A stretch of 64,000 nucleotides of DNA from an uncultured delta proteobacterium (GCA_963785235.1 CAWAUM010000005.1:160001-224000), one strand, 5' to 3'. Positions 11,997 to 22,267 are shown, numbered from the stretch's first letter. A program made the numbers and translations. Notes: generated by a model not told the origin, from the letters alone.

Positions 11997-13214
11997 TTAT
12001 TGGCTCCCGGAGCAGACCGAATCGGCCCACCCAAGGGCATCAAGGTATATCTTCGGAAGTTTGTCATGTGATATGTGCAGAGTTTCGGCAAGGCTGCTCA
12101 CCTCTTCCCATGCGGCATTCTGATAACTCATTGCAAGATCGAGGTAGTTACTCAAGGCGTTCTTTTTGCCCAGAAGGGCCTTTTTGATGTTATCAGCAAG
12201 AGGAAGTTTTTTCATAATATTTTCCATGGTGTTGTCCAAGATGGCATCAATGTGGGAGAACATACCAAGGGTGAAAAGCTCGGAAGTGTCAGGGCCTATG
12301 CCCTGTTCCAGTCTCAATTTTTCACACATGCGGGCGCGTATGACCGAGCTCTTGAGCAGTTCATCCGGCTTGTCCTGGCTTAGCTCAGAAAGGATGATTA
12401 CCGACAGAAAGTTTCCGACCCCTTTTTCTCCAAGCATGACAATGGCCTGATGGATGGATGATATCTCCTGTCTCCTCCTGAAAAAAGGTGAGTTGAGGTA
12501 TCGTAACAACTTATACGATATACCCACATCCTGTTCGATGAGCTTTTGCAGCTTTGATACATTAAAAGTGTCGCCTTTAACTTCGGCTATGATCCTCAGG
12601 AGGTTCATCTTGAGCGCCGGAATCTCAGTCTCTTTGATAACCTGGGGTTTGCTGAAAAAATATCCCTGGAAATAGGTAAAACCCATCTTGAGGGCTTCCT
12701 CGAATTCAATTGCCGTTTCAACCTTTTCTGCAAGGAGCTTGATGTCTCTGGGGAGAAAGAGCCTGCAATAGTCATCAATCTGTTCTTTCGTGCTCTTCAT
12801 GAAATCGACCTTGATAATTTGTGCAAGGTCGATAACCGGTTCAAGGGCGGGCATGTACTCGAAATCGTCCAGGGCAATGTCATAGCCCTGGCGTGAAAGT
12901 TCTGCACACACGTCTATAACTTGTGCATCTGGTTCTACGTCCTCAAGAATTTCTATAGTGGTAAACTGTGGAGGGAACATCAGGGGAATCTTTTTTACAA
13001 GAAGTGATTTTGTGAAATTGATAAAGGCCCTTTTCCCACTGGTGAGTTGATCTACACCCGTGTTGAAGAAGGTGTTGGAGAGCACTCGGGATGTTGCGCT
13101 GTCGCCGTCTATACCGGTAAAATAATTTTCCGTACCCCCCCTGAAGAGGAGCTCATAGGCATAAATATCCTTCGTTCTGGTGAAGATAGGTTGCCGGGCT
13201 ATATATATGTCCAT
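11997..13214 (-). CDS. EAL and HDOD domain protein (YuxH/PdeH-like c-di-GMP signalling)
   Basis: ARQPIF, YELLFR, EILE, ALDDF, AEKVET, QGYFFSKP; C-terminal HDOD domain. Confidence 0.92.
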   Translation of the reverse strand: MDIYIARQPIFTRTKDIYAYELLFRGGTENYFTGIDGDSATSRVLSNTFFNTGVDQLTSGKRAFINFTKSLLVKKIPLMFPPQFTTIEILEDVEPDAQVIDVCAELSRQGYDIALDDFEYMPALEPVIDLAQIIKVDFMKSTKEQIDDYCRLFLPRDIKLLAEKVETAIEFEEALKMGFTYFQGYFFSKPQVIKETEIPALKMNLLRIIAEVKGDTFNVSKLQKLIEQDVGISYKLLRYLNSPFFRRRQEISSIHQAIVMLGEKGVGNFLSVIILSELSQDKPDELLKSSVIRARMCEKLRLEQGIGPDTSELFTLGMFSHIDAILDNTMENIMKKLPLADNIKKALLGKKNALSNYLDLAMSYQNAAWEEVSSLAETLHISHDKLPKIYLDALGWADSVCSGSQ

Positions 13215-13226
13215 GGGTTTATCACT

Positions 13227-13254
13227 ATATCGACTATGGCAAGTTGTATCTTGA
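13227..13254 (-). promoter_or_regulatory. Candidate sigma28 promoter of the EAL-HDOD gene
   Basis: Minus-strand TCAAG-N15-GTCGATAT immediately upstream of ATG 13214. Confidence 0.45.
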
Positions 13255-13513
13255 TTCGGAGTTTTGTAATGCAAGTACCCTTGGTCTTTAGGATGATCCT
13301 GAAGTCAGTCATCTCCTGGTCGAAACGTGATGTGTACGAGAGATGACCAAAGGGCTTGTGCTGAAAATCAATCAGAAAATATCTATAAAATTGATTTTAG
13401 TGTTATACCGTATTCACCGCTGAGAACTAACGAAAACAAAGGTTTATTATGTCTTATGTGATCAATATTAGTGAGTTATGAAAGTAAATAACATTACTAA
13501 AAGAGATTTGTCC

Positions 13514-13543
13514 TTGACCCAACTCGTATTTTACCATTATAAT
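13514..13543 (+). promoter_or_regulatory. Candidate sigma70 promoter of the Fe-ADH operon
   Basis: TTGACC-N18-TATAAT. Confidence 0.5.
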
Positions 13544-13709
13544 ACAATGGGTAAGAAAGCGGGGTATAATCTCTGGGTCGGAAAGGGAGACTTAATAAGC
13601 CTTTATTGTTTCTACCTGACTTCAGTTATGAATACAGTTCGCTCCCCAAGTTCAATGCTGTACTAGAAAAGGTCGCTGACCTTGATCTGCTGGGGGATAA
13701 GTATCGGCC

Positions 13710-15590
13710 ATGTTTCCTGACTATTTTGAATTCAGCCTTCCGACAAAACTGATCTATGGCATTGGGGTCTTAGGTAAGCTCGAAAATCTCATCAAGCCTT
13801 TCGGTGTGCGCAAGGCCATACTGGTGACAGATAAAATACTGGCCAAGGCAGGGCCTGTAGGCAAGGTCAAGGAAGGGTTCAAGGGCAGCAACATAGATAT
13901 TGTATGCACCTTTGACAAGGTCCCACCCAACTCCACCATCAATACCGTTGAAGATTGCGCCCTCTTGGCCAAAAAGAACGGCTGTAACATGATTATTGCC
14001 GTTGGTGGCGGGAGTGTAATCGATACGGCCAAGGTAGCAAACATCCTTATTGTTAAGGGTGGGCGAGTCGAGGACCACATGGGCGCCTACCTTCTTGACA
14101 AGAATGAAGTATTGTTACCCACTATTTTCATTCCCACGACCGCCGGAACAGGATCGGAGGTAACGAAGGTTGCCGTCATTGCAGATCCCGACCATGATGT
14201 GAAGCTTCCTTTTGCAGAAGATCAGTTCCTGCCCAACCTGGCCATTCTCGATCCCGAGGTAACTGTGTCCATGCCCCCCATGCTCACAGCCACTACGGGA
14301 ATGGATGCCCTTACGCATGCCATTGAGGCATATGTAGACAAAGAATGGTCGCCAGCCTCGGATGCCATGGCGCTGCATGCTATTAAACTCATTATCAACA
14401 ATCTTCTCTTGGCATGCGCTCATCCTGAAAACTTACAGGCCAGGGGTGGCATGCTCATTGGAAGTTTCCTGGCAGGGGTGGCATTCTCTCATTCCATGGT
14501 GGGAATGACCCATGGTATTGCCCATGCCCTTGGGGGTGTTTATCACATCCCCCACGGTCTTGCCAATGCCTTGGTACTGCCCGAGGTTATGGAATACAAC
14601 CTGGAATCACAACCGGAGCGTTTTGCCGATATCGCAATTGCCCTGGGCATCAATTTTCCACAGGTGGTCACAGAAAGCAGGAATCTGCTCAAGTCCGACT
14701 CCATGGACATCTTCATCAAGCTCTTTAGGAAAATGGATTTTACCTACCTGAGGGATAAATTAATCAGCGCATCCTCCTGGCTGCGCGGATCTGCAGCCGA
14801 TGCTGTGGGCAACCTCGATTTCATTGACCATTGGTTTCGACACCAGGCTGCCCGGGCAGGTATTGAAAAGATCCGAATGCTGAACCGTCAGCTTGCCTAT
14901 CTCACCAAGATGCCGCTTAACCTTGAACAGGCGGGCGTTCAAGACGACCTGGCAAGACTTGATCAGGTTGTAGCAACAGCCATGGAAGACGGTTCCATGC
15001 TCTACAACCCCATCGAACCGACACGGGAGATGGTCGAGGATATCATCAAGAAGATATTTGTGTCAGAAGCCAAACCGCAGCCTGTTTCACGTGAAGACCT
15101 GCACCCCCAGGATACGACCCTTGGGGGAGGTGACATGACCAATGTCTTTAAAGACTCAAAGATGCTCTACGACGTTCTTATAGGATTCTACAAAGAACTT
15201 AAGGATGATCCTGATATCGGACCGGCACTGGCTGAGACCAACATGATAGTGCAGTTCATATATAAAAACCCTTCCGCTGTTATCACCATTGATTCTACCG
15301 GAGACGATATCGTCATTCACAAGGGTGACTTTGCAGGGAAACCCGAGGTCAGCATGACAATGAATGCCGATTTTGCACACAAATTTTGGCATGGCAGGGC
15401 CAACCTTGTGACTGCCTTGACCCTCAGGCAGGTCAGCGCCAAGGGGAATGTTCCGAAGACATTGAAACTGTTGCCGATATTGAAACCGGCCTATGAAAAA
15501 TATCCACGCTTCCTCAAGGCCAAGGGTTTGGAGCACCTGGTCATGTATTCGATGGAAACCGAAAAAGAGGATCAAGAAGAGGACCTATGA
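13710..15590 (+). CDS. Iron-containing alcohol dehydrogenase fused to a C-terminal SCP2 (sterol carrier) lipid-binding domain
   Basis: GGGSVIDTAK, PTTAGTGSE, DALTHAIE, HGIAH..HG motifs; C-terminal PEVSMTMNADFAHKFWHGRANLVTAL..QVSAKGN is SCP2-like. Confidence 0.88.
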   Translation: MFPDYFEFSLPTKLIYGIGVLGKLENLIKPFGVRKAILVTDKILAKAGPVGKVKEGFKGSNIDIVCTFDKVPPNSTINTVEDCALLAKKNGCNMIIAVGGGSVIDTAKVANILIVKGGRVEDHMGAYLLDKNEVLLPTIFIPTTAGTGSEVTKVAVIADPDHDVKLPFAEDQFLPNLAILDPEVTVSMPPMLTATTGMDALTHAIEAYVDKEWSPASDAMALHAIKLIINNLLLACAHPENLQARGGMLIGSFLAGVAFSHSMVGMTHGIAHALGGVYHIPHGLANALVLPEVMEYNLESQPERFADIAIALGINFPQVVTESRNLLKSDSMDIFIKLFRKMDFTYLRDKLISASSWLRGSAADAVGNLDFIDHWFRHQAARAGIEKIRMLNRQLAYLTKMPLNLEQAGVQDDLARLDQVVATAMEDGSMLYNPIEPTREMVEDIIKKIFVSEAKPQPVSREDLHPQDTTLGGGDMTNVFKDSKMLYDVLIGFYKELKDDPDIGPALAETNMIVQFIYKNPSAVITIDSTGDDIVIHKGDFAGKPEVSMTMNADFAHKFWHGRANLVTALTLRQVSAKGNVPKTLKLLPILKPAYEKYPRFLKAKGLEHLVMYSMETEKEDQEEDL

Positions 15591-15847
15591 AACAGGGGGC
15601 ATTGTTTTCAATAAGACATAGGATTAGAGAAAATACCCCGGGAAAGTATTATATTACTGAACAATGTATCGGTTGCTCACTCTGCTATGAATTATCGCCT
15701 AAAAATATCGGAATGAATCTGGATGAAGGTTATGGTTTCGTATTCAAACAGCCTGAAACGCAGGAGGATGAAGCACGATGTCTGAAAGCCATGCTATCCT
15801 GTCCTGCAGACGCCATAAGGGATGATGGATTTGGGCCATTGAAATAA
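15587..15847 (+). CDS. Single-cluster ferredoxin
   Basis: CIGCSLC...CPADAI. Confidence 0.9.
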   Translation: MKQGALFSIRHRIRENTPGKYYITEQCIGCSLCYELSPKNIGMNLDEGYGFVFKQPETQEDEARCLKAMLSCPADAIRDDGFGPLK

Positions 15848-15862
15848 CAAAGGGGGATTATC

Positions 15863-18070
15863 ATGAAAAAGATCATCAGCATCAGCCTTGGAACAAGCGA
15901 ACGGGATTACGAGATCACCACGAAATTTTTAGGCAAGGATTTTTTTATAAAACGTATGGGCACCGATGGCGATGCGAATGAAATGGTTGAGCTCCTATAT
16001 GACTGGGAGCAGCAGGCCGACGCCATCGGACTTGCTGGTATAAAGTTTCCCAGTGAACTGGGCTTCAAGCGCAAAGCTGAAAAGCGCGACATTCGGATCA
16101 AAGAATTAAGTTCCGAACTCAAAATACCCGTCACCACCGGAGAGGCATTCAGAAATGTAGCCCAGGAGTGGGTCGCCCGCTATGTTCAGGAAACGCAGAA
16201 AGATTTTTTCACCAATGCCAGGGTCCTGGTCCTTTCCGGGATGACCGACTACAGCGTTGCAGCTGTCATTAACGGATATACGGATAATATACAGTTCGCC
16301 GACCCGGTCTTTGATCATGGAATTCCAAAATTTATCAATTCTTTAAAAGATATGGAGCTCTATGCCAAAGGGATACATGATGTGCTCTCCCTGTCCCCGG
16401 CCAAGGTGATATCTACTTCTTTGCCAATGGTTAATGAATGGAACAAATACATCTTACGGAAGGCAATGCAGAAGGCCACGGTTATAGTCGTCCCGTATGA
16501 GGGTTTTTATAAATATCTGGATAAGTGCACCCTGGAGGAACTGGGCGGTAAGATCATCCTCACATCCACTGCATATGATGATCGGGTCGAATTCCTGAAG
16601 AAGAGAGGCGTGGATGTCATTGTCGATGCCACTCCCCAGATACTTGATCGGATGGTCCAGGTGGATGTTCTCGAGGCTATGGTCATTGCAGCCTTGGGTA
16701 AGAAAGATGCCAAGATAAACAACGATGATCTTCTGGAGGTCATCAGCGAACAGGGCATACATCCCAGGATAGTCTATCCTTCCGGAAAGGTCAGGCGCGT
16801 GAACCGCTTTTCTTTTGTCATTCACCCCCTGTCCCAGGAACACCTGAAAAAGGAAAAGGCAGTGGAACTGATCGCCAGCATGACGCCTCCCGTAGCCATG
16901 GACGCTGTGGAGAAGATTATCGCCTATGCCCCGCCGTTTGTTTACTCCAAGGTGACCGGGATCAAATCTCCTACCGGAGTGGAAGCGGAAGGATGGCTGA
17001 TTACCGTTGGCGGAACGCCCAAGCAAATGCTCTCCCATCCGCCCGAGTTTACCTACAAGCGACTATTAGAGGCTGCTGCCATGTCCAAAAGGATGGGTGC
17101 ACAGATCATGGGTCTGGGGGCTTTTACCAAGGTCGTTGGTGATGCAGGGGTTACGGTGGCAAAGCTTGCGGATATTCCTATTACCACAGGAAACTCTTAC
17201 AGCGCATCTGGTGCGCTCTGGGCCGCAGCCGATGCAGTGCGTCGTATGGGTCTGATCAAGATCGAAGAGGGAAAGAAGATTAAGGCAAAGACCATGGTCA
17301 TCGGGGCCACAGGTGCCATCGGGTCGGTTTGCTGTCGTTTGCTTGCTCTTGCCTTTGAGAGTGTCTACATGGTCGATATCCGTGATGCCAGGCTTCTCAC
17401 CTTGAGAGATTCCATATTGAAGGAGACCCCGGATGTAGATATTCATGTCTCCACGAGGGCTGATAAGTACGTAGGAGATATGGATGTGATTGTAACGGCC
17501 ACATCTGCCGCAGGGAAGAAGATACTCCACATCGAGAAGGTCAAGCCGGGATGTGTCATCACCGACGTGGCCCGCCCGCTCGACCTGTCTCGGGAGGATG
17601 TGGCCAAGCGACCTGATGTGTTGTATATTGAATCCGGGGAAATTCTCCTGCCGGGTAATCCTAAATTCAAGGAAATCGGCCTGCCGCCGAAGGTTGCCTT
17701 TGCCTGTCTTGCTGAAACCATCGTCCTAGCCCTTGAGGGTCGTTTTGAAGTCTTCACCATAGGCCGTGAGATCGAATGGCAAAAGGTGAAGGAAATTTAT
17801 AAAATGGGCCTGAAGCACGGCATGAAGCTAGCCGCTATATCAGGTGTAAACGGGGTTTACAGCGATCAAGATATCAAAAAGGTTGTAACACTAGCCCTCA
17901 AAGCGAGAGCCAAGTGGAAAAAAGCAGAGGAAAAGCCACCCTTAAAGAAAGTTGCGACAAAAGGGGCGACCTCACCGAATAAAGTATCCAGCAAGACAAA
18001 GGCCACCGCCAAAAAAACAGCGGTGAAAGGTAAACCGGCCACTGGTGCTTCTCAAGAGAGAACCATTTGA
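15863..18070 (+). CDS. Two-domain dehydrogenase: uncharacterised N-terminal domain plus a long-chain acyl-ACP reductase (AAR)-like domain and Lys/Ala-rich tail
   Basis: FSFVIHP, GLGAFTKVV, TTGNSY, GATGAIGSVC and FACLAETI (catalytic-Cys position) parallel cyanobacterial AAR motifs. Confidence 0.75.
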   Translation: MKKIISISLGTSERDYEITTKFLGKDFFIKRMGTDGDANEMVELLYDWEQQADAIGLAGIKFPSELGFKRKAEKRDIRIKELSSELKIPVTTGEAFRNVAQEWVARYVQETQKDFFTNARVLVLSGMTDYSVAAVINGYTDNIQFADPVFDHGIPKFINSLKDMELYAKGIHDVLSLSPAKVISTSLPMVNEWNKYILRKAMQKATVIVVPYEGFYKYLDKCTLEELGGKIILTSTAYDDRVEFLKKRGVDVIVDATPQILDRMVQVDVLEAMVIAALGKKDAKINNDDLLEVISEQGIHPRIVYPSGKVRRVNRFSFVIHPLSQEHLKKEKAVELIASMTPPVAMDAVEKIIAYAPPFVYSKVTGIKSPTGVEAEGWLITVGGTPKQMLSHPPEFTYKRLLEAAAMSKRMGAQIMGLGAFTKVVGDAGVTVAKLADIPITTGNSYSASGALWAAADAVRRMGLIKIEEGKKIKAKTMVIGATGAIGSVCCRLLALAFESVYMVDIRDARLLTLRDSILKETPDVDIHVSTRADKYVGDMDVIVTATSAAGKKILHIEKVKPGCVITDVARPLDLSREDVAKRPDVLYIESGEILLPGNPKFKEIGLPPKVAFACLAETIVLALEGRFEVFTIGREIEWQKVKEIYKMGLKHGMKLAAISGVNGVYSDQDIKKVVTLALKARAKWKKAEEKPPLKKVATKGATSPNKVSSKTKATAKKTAVKGKPATGASQERTI

Positions 18071-18083
18071 TTCAATAGTTCGT

Positions 18084-18121
18084 TTGTTCAGGGTGGAGTT
18101 TTTTCTATCCACCCTGAACAA
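18084..18121. terminator. 14-bp inverted repeat after the reductase gene (terminator or stabiliser)
   Basis: TTGTTCAGGGTGGA / TCCACCCTGAACAA. Confidence 0.6.
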
Positions 18122-18276
18122 CCTGCTCTAGATGTAGACAGAGGCATCACTGATCTTTGAAATTTAGAATACAGCAACCCGCTTCTGTGTGTTGGAATCT
18201 TGACATATTTTTGCTAATATGATTATTCATAATGTGAAATTAAGGAAATAGATGAAATATTCCGAGTCAAAAGGGC

Positions 18277-20145
18277 ATGATGAACTATAACCTATCTCCA
18301 GTGACCCTTTCAGAACAATCATTCCTTCCCGATCAAGAATTAATATTCATCCCTGAGTTGGAAGAGCAGGTCTTTGATTTTATAAGTAAAATATGGCACT
18401 CCTTTGTCAACAAGACCGTTTCGCTTACCTTCACTGAAAGGGACTATTGTTTCGACTATGGTTTGTTCGAAGTTATCGATGGTGAAGACACTCGCATCGC
18501 CGCTGTTTCCAGCCAAGTCCGGTTAGGTGACATCGCGAAGCAGAGGATACCCAAGGAGTTTGCTCAATTCAAAAAGATGACCCGTTCCACACCATTGAGC
18601 TACAAGACCAGCTTAACATCGAATATCCTCAGGGAAGCCATCATCAACAAAGGAATCGGAGAAAAGCCTCCCGTAGTCACGGTAGATCTGAGAAATGACA
18701 AGCGGGTCCACCCTAAGCTGAAAGAAATTATTACTGAGGATATGAACTTCAGTGTTGGTATAACACTCTTTTTCGGCGAAAATCCCATCGGCGTCCTGTG
18801 GGGTGTCCGTCGGGATCCATTGACTCCCAAACAGAAAGCGCTTTTATTTCCCCAGTTGCATTCCTTGAGCAATGGTATCTCAACTATTATGGCCCTGGAG
18901 TTCAACAGGGGTAAATATAATTTCAGATCTGTCCGGAAAACCATAGAAAAGATCGATACCAACTCCAGCATCCTCAATCTTTTCTATACAAAAAAAGCCG
19001 GCCAATCTACCCCGGTACGAACGATCATCGGAAGATCAAATCTTTTTAATTCTAAATTCCGGCTGGATGCGAGCTACGTTGTCCCCACATCGCACGGTTA
19101 TTCCATCAGTTTGAAACGGTTTTTACCCGAACGTGAAAATAAATCAGGGAAAACACTGCTCATGATCCCCGGATTCTTTTGCAATCGCTCGATATTCGAT
19201 CAGATGGCCAGGGAGATGGCGTTCAGATACGGGTATAAGGTTATCTCCCTTGACTGCCGGGGAAGGGCCAAAAGTACTCTGCCGGACGGCTGGTTTAACA
19301 AGGCCTGGTCTATTGACGATTTTATTAACGAAGACTTTCCCAAGGCATTAGCCTGGATACATGAACAGTATCCTGATGAACGTATAGTGGTTTACGGTCA
19401 TAGCATGGGCGGAATCATCGCCCGTTGTTACACAGGTTCATATCAGGCAATTCAGCAGATGACAAACCGCGATGATTTGCCCGACCCGGACACCCACATA
19501 GCAGGTATTGTCTCTATTGCCTCACCGGATTATGTGGATGTGAAACTCGGTATTCCCGGCACCAATCTCATGAGATATTGTACGAAGCTCATTCCGGAAA
19601 GCTTTAACCTGCATACTATGACCGGTAATGTCTTCAACAGGCTTCTTGCCCTGTCCATATCAAAAGTAGTCCCTACGATTAACCTGAAAAATATATTTTC
19701 CCACCTTTTTGATTTCCATGAATCCATACGCCAGCTCACTTTCGATCTGAGCACCCGGGTCCTTTCTCTTCATGACATTATCGGTTTTCCGCAGATTACA
19801 CCCCCAGAGGTCTATCTGTTGATGGAAGACATCATCTGCGAGGAATCCACCAAGGTGATGATACAATTCTTACGCTCTCAGGTTTTCGGCAACAGCATCA
19901 TGTCTTTCGACGGAAAAATCAATTATACTGAAAATCTGAAGAATATAAAATTACCTGTCTTTCACATCATGGGCAGCCTTGATATAATTGCCCCTCCCGA
20001 TACCATCAAATATGGTTACAATGCAATTTCATCCACCAATAAGCATCTGAAGGAATTCAAACAAGGGCATATCGGACTGGTCATGAATCCGAAAACCGTC
20101 CGGGAAATTGCAAAAACCACTGATCAATGGATAGACACACTTTAA
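18277..20145 (+). CDS. N-terminal GAF-like domain plus alpha/beta hydrolase (lipase/PhaC-like fold with Ser nucleophile)
   Basis: IPGFFCN, GHSMGG, GSLDIIAPP, GHIGL. N-terminal DLRNDKRV...GENPIGVLWG resembles a GAF domain. Confidence 0.7.
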   Translation: MMNYNLSPVTLSEQSFLPDQELIFIPELEEQVFDFISKIWHSFVNKTVSLTFTERDYCFDYGLFEVIDGEDTRIAAVSSQVRLGDIAKQRIPKEFAQFKKMTRSTPLSYKTSLTSNILREAIINKGIGEKPPVVTVDLRNDKRVHPKLKEIITEDMNFSVGITLFFGENPIGVLWGVRRDPLTPKQKALLFPQLHSLSNGISTIMALEFNRGKYNFRSVRKTIEKIDTNSSILNLFYTKKAGQSTPVRTIIGRSNLFNSKFRLDASYVVPTSHGYSISLKRFLPERENKSGKTLLMIPGFFCNRSIFDQMAREMAFRYGYKVISLDCRGRAKSTLPDGWFNKAWSIDDFINEDFPKALAWIHEQYPDERIVVYGHSMGGIIARCYTGSYQAIQQMTNRDDLPDPDTHIAGIVSIASPDYVDVKLGIPGTNLMRYCTKLIPESFNLHTMTGNVFNRLLALSISKVVPTINLKNIFSHLFDFHESIRQLTFDLSTRVLSLHDIIGFPQITPPEVYLLMEDIICEESTKVMIQFLRSQVFGNSIMSFDGKINYTENLKNIKLPVFHIMGSLDIIAPPDTIKYGYNAISSTNKHLKEFKQGHIGLVMNPKTVREIAKTTDQWIDTL

Positions 20146-20171
20146 TGTTTGACTTTTTTAAGATTTAAATC

Positions 20172-20200
20172 TTGACTTGAACAGGTTTACCCTTTAAAAT
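20172..20200 (+). promoter_or_regulatory. Candidate sigma70 promoter of WS/DGAT
   Basis: TTGACT-N17-TAAAAT. Confidence 0.5.
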
Positions 20201-20235
20201 TAAAGTCTTTTCACATGCTCGCTGGAGGTGACTAT

Positions 20236-21708
20236 ATGGGGCGCACTGTAAAGCTTGAACCTATGTCGAGTATCGACAGTTTCTGGTTAAGCATGGACGA
20301 ACCGACCAACCTCATGGTCATTACGGGCATTATGGAATTTGATGAAATGCTCGATTTTTCTTCGCTGCGGGCACTGTTTGAAAAACGCCTGCTGTGTTAT
20401 GACCGTTTCAGGCAGAGGGTCGTATGGCCGACATCTAAACTGGGCAGACCATTCTGGGATGAAGACCCCAATTTCGATATCCGAAACCACATTTCCCGCG
20501 TGGCACTGCCGACCCCCAGGGATAAAGCCACCCTGCAGCGCATGATAAGCGATCTCTCCATTATCCCCCTGGATAAGACAAAACCGCTATGGCAGATTCA
20601 CCTTATTGAAAACTATGGCCAGGGGTGTGTCCTATTTGCGCGGATACACCATGCCATCGCCGATGGGATCGCTCTTATACGTGTATTGCTTTCCATGGCT
20701 GACACGGAACCGAATCTGTCTTATCTAAGCACGGATGATACAGGCGAAGAAGAGGGTGTCAGACAGCAAAAGCGGCAGTCGGGTTTAAATCTTTTCATGC
20801 GGGCAGCCCTGAACACCACTGTCAAGACCACGGGGTTTGTGTACGACGAAGTCATGAAGACCATAGCAGCCCCATCTCATCTGCCAAAAATGGCCAAGCT
20901 CTATGGGGAAATAGGCTTGGAAAGCTCCACCGTTTTGACAAAACTCGCTCTGATGCCCTCTGATTCCAAGACATCCCTGAAAGGAAAGCTGGGGGCACAG
21001 AAAAGTGTCTGCTGGTCCTCCCCAATGCCCCTGGCCAGCGTCAAGCAGATCGGTGTATATTTCAGGTGCACGATCAACGATGTCCTTATGGCCGCTGTTT
21101 CAGGGGCGATCAGGAGATATCTCCTGGAAAAGGGCGATGATCTGGATGATGCGGAGGTACGGGTGGCCATACCGGTCAATGTCCGTCCTGAAAGTTTTGA
21201 AATTGAACTGGGTAATCAATTCAGTCTTGTGATATTGTCTCTCCCGGTCAACATGGATGATCCGGTTCGCAGATTACGTGAGACGAGAAAGAGAATGCGA
21301 TCCATCAAGGAGTCTGCCGAGGCCTTTGTAGGGTTCCAGGTCATGAAGATCATGGGCATTCCCCCCCAAGCCCTTTCAAGGAAGGGGGCTAGATTCTTTG
21401 CCAGTAAGTTCACCGGTATTCTTTCAAATGTCCCCGGGCCCAGGCAAGCGCTCTATTTCACCGATAAAAGGATTAAAAACATGATGTTCTGGGTCCCCCG
21501 CTCAGGGGATGTGGCCATCGGTATCAGTATCATCAGCTATGCCGGCGAAGTGACACTCGGAATTGCCACAGATACCCGTGTCGCACCTGACCCTGAAAAG
21601 ATAACAGAATATTTCAGTGAAGAATTTTCTCATTTACTGCAGCTGGCAAAGGAGGATGTACTGCACAGATCTTCTCCGAGCGACCAAACTTCAGAACAAT
21701 CACCATGA
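20236..21708 (+). CDS. Wax ester synthase/diacylglycerol acyltransferase (WS/DGAT)
   Basis: HHAIADG (HHxxxDG), PLWQIHLIE, TINDV, LGNQF, SNVPGP; GGAGG RBS before ATG 20236. Confidence 0.95.
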   Translation: MGRTVKLEPMSSIDSFWLSMDEPTNLMVITGIMEFDEMLDFSSLRALFEKRLLCYDRFRQRVVWPTSKLGRPFWDEDPNFDIRNHISRVALPTPRDKATLQRMISDLSIIPLDKTKPLWQIHLIENYGQGCVLFARIHHAIADGIALIRVLLSMADTEPNLSYLSTDDTGEEEGVRQQKRQSGLNLFMRAALNTTVKTTGFVYDEVMKTIAAPSHLPKMAKLYGEIGLESSTVLTKLALMPSDSKTSLKGKLGAQKSVCWSSPMPLASVKQIGVYFRCTINDVLMAAVSGAIRRYLLEKGDDLDDAEVRVAIPVNVRPESFEIELGNQFSLVILSLPVNMDDPVRRLRETRKRMRSIKESAEAFVGFQVMKIMGIPPQALSRKGARFFASKFTGILSNVPGPRQALYFTDKRIKNMMFWVPRSGDVAIGISIISYAGEVTLGIATDTRVAPDPEKITEYFSEEFSHLLQLAKEDVLHRSSPSDQTSEQSP

Positions 21709-21764
21709 AGGATTGTTGAGCTGTGTTGATCCTTGTTTGATAAAAAATAAAAAGAGGGGGGATT

Positions 21765-22247
21765 ATGGCTGACAAGAAAACAACATCCAAAGCAAAACCA
21801 AAAACCGTTGCAAAACCTGTAACCAAAGCAAAACCCGTATCCAAGAAAGAAGATGTAGCTGATGCGGCTAACAAGATCTGGAAGGCCGGCCTTGGTGCTC
21901 TGCGTACAGCCGAGGAGGAGGGCTCGAGGATCTTCAAATCCCTTATGGAGAAGGGTGAGGATTTTCAGAACGCAAGCAGGAAAGGGAGCCAGAAGCAGAT
22001 CGACAAGGTGAGTAAGATTATTAAAGGGGGCGTAGGGTCCGTAAAGGGGAAAATCGATGACATCACAGATCAGAAGGAAGGCATTTGGGAAGTACTGAAA
22101 TTGGAAGATGCCTTCACCTCAGTCATGAAAACCTTTGGGGTAGCCACGAATAAAGAGATTGATATACTGAAAAAGAAGATTGATGCCCTTTCAAAGGTCG
22201 TCAACGAACTGAGAGGAGATTCTCAGAAGCCACCTGTAAAGAAATAA
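21765..22247 (+). CDS. Phasin / granule-associated protein (PhaF/PhaI-like)
   Basis: IWKAGLGAL..EEGSRIFKSLMEKGE and GVATNKEIDILKKKIDAL; Lys-rich N-terminus. Confidence 0.85.
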   Translation: MADKKTTSKAKPKTVAKPVTKAKPVSKKEDVADAANKIWKAGLGALRTAEEEGSRIFKSLMEKGEDFQNASRKGSQKQIDKVSKIIKGGVGSVKGKIDDITDQKEGIWEVLKLEDAFTSVMKTFGVATNKEIDILKKKIDALSKVVNELRGDSQKPPVKK

Positions 22248-22267
22248 GCCGTGCAATGCAATAAATC

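Noticed and set aside
13544-13709. Long leader of the Fe-ADH operon as a riboswitch
   Set aside because: Only short GGGAG/CTCCC and AAGGTC/GACCTT pairings; no known aptamer motif or terminator recognised.
18277-20145. PHA synthase (PhaC) call
   Set aside because: The nucleophile motif is GHSMG (Ser), not the PhaC GxCxG, and there is no phaA/phaB/phaE nearby.
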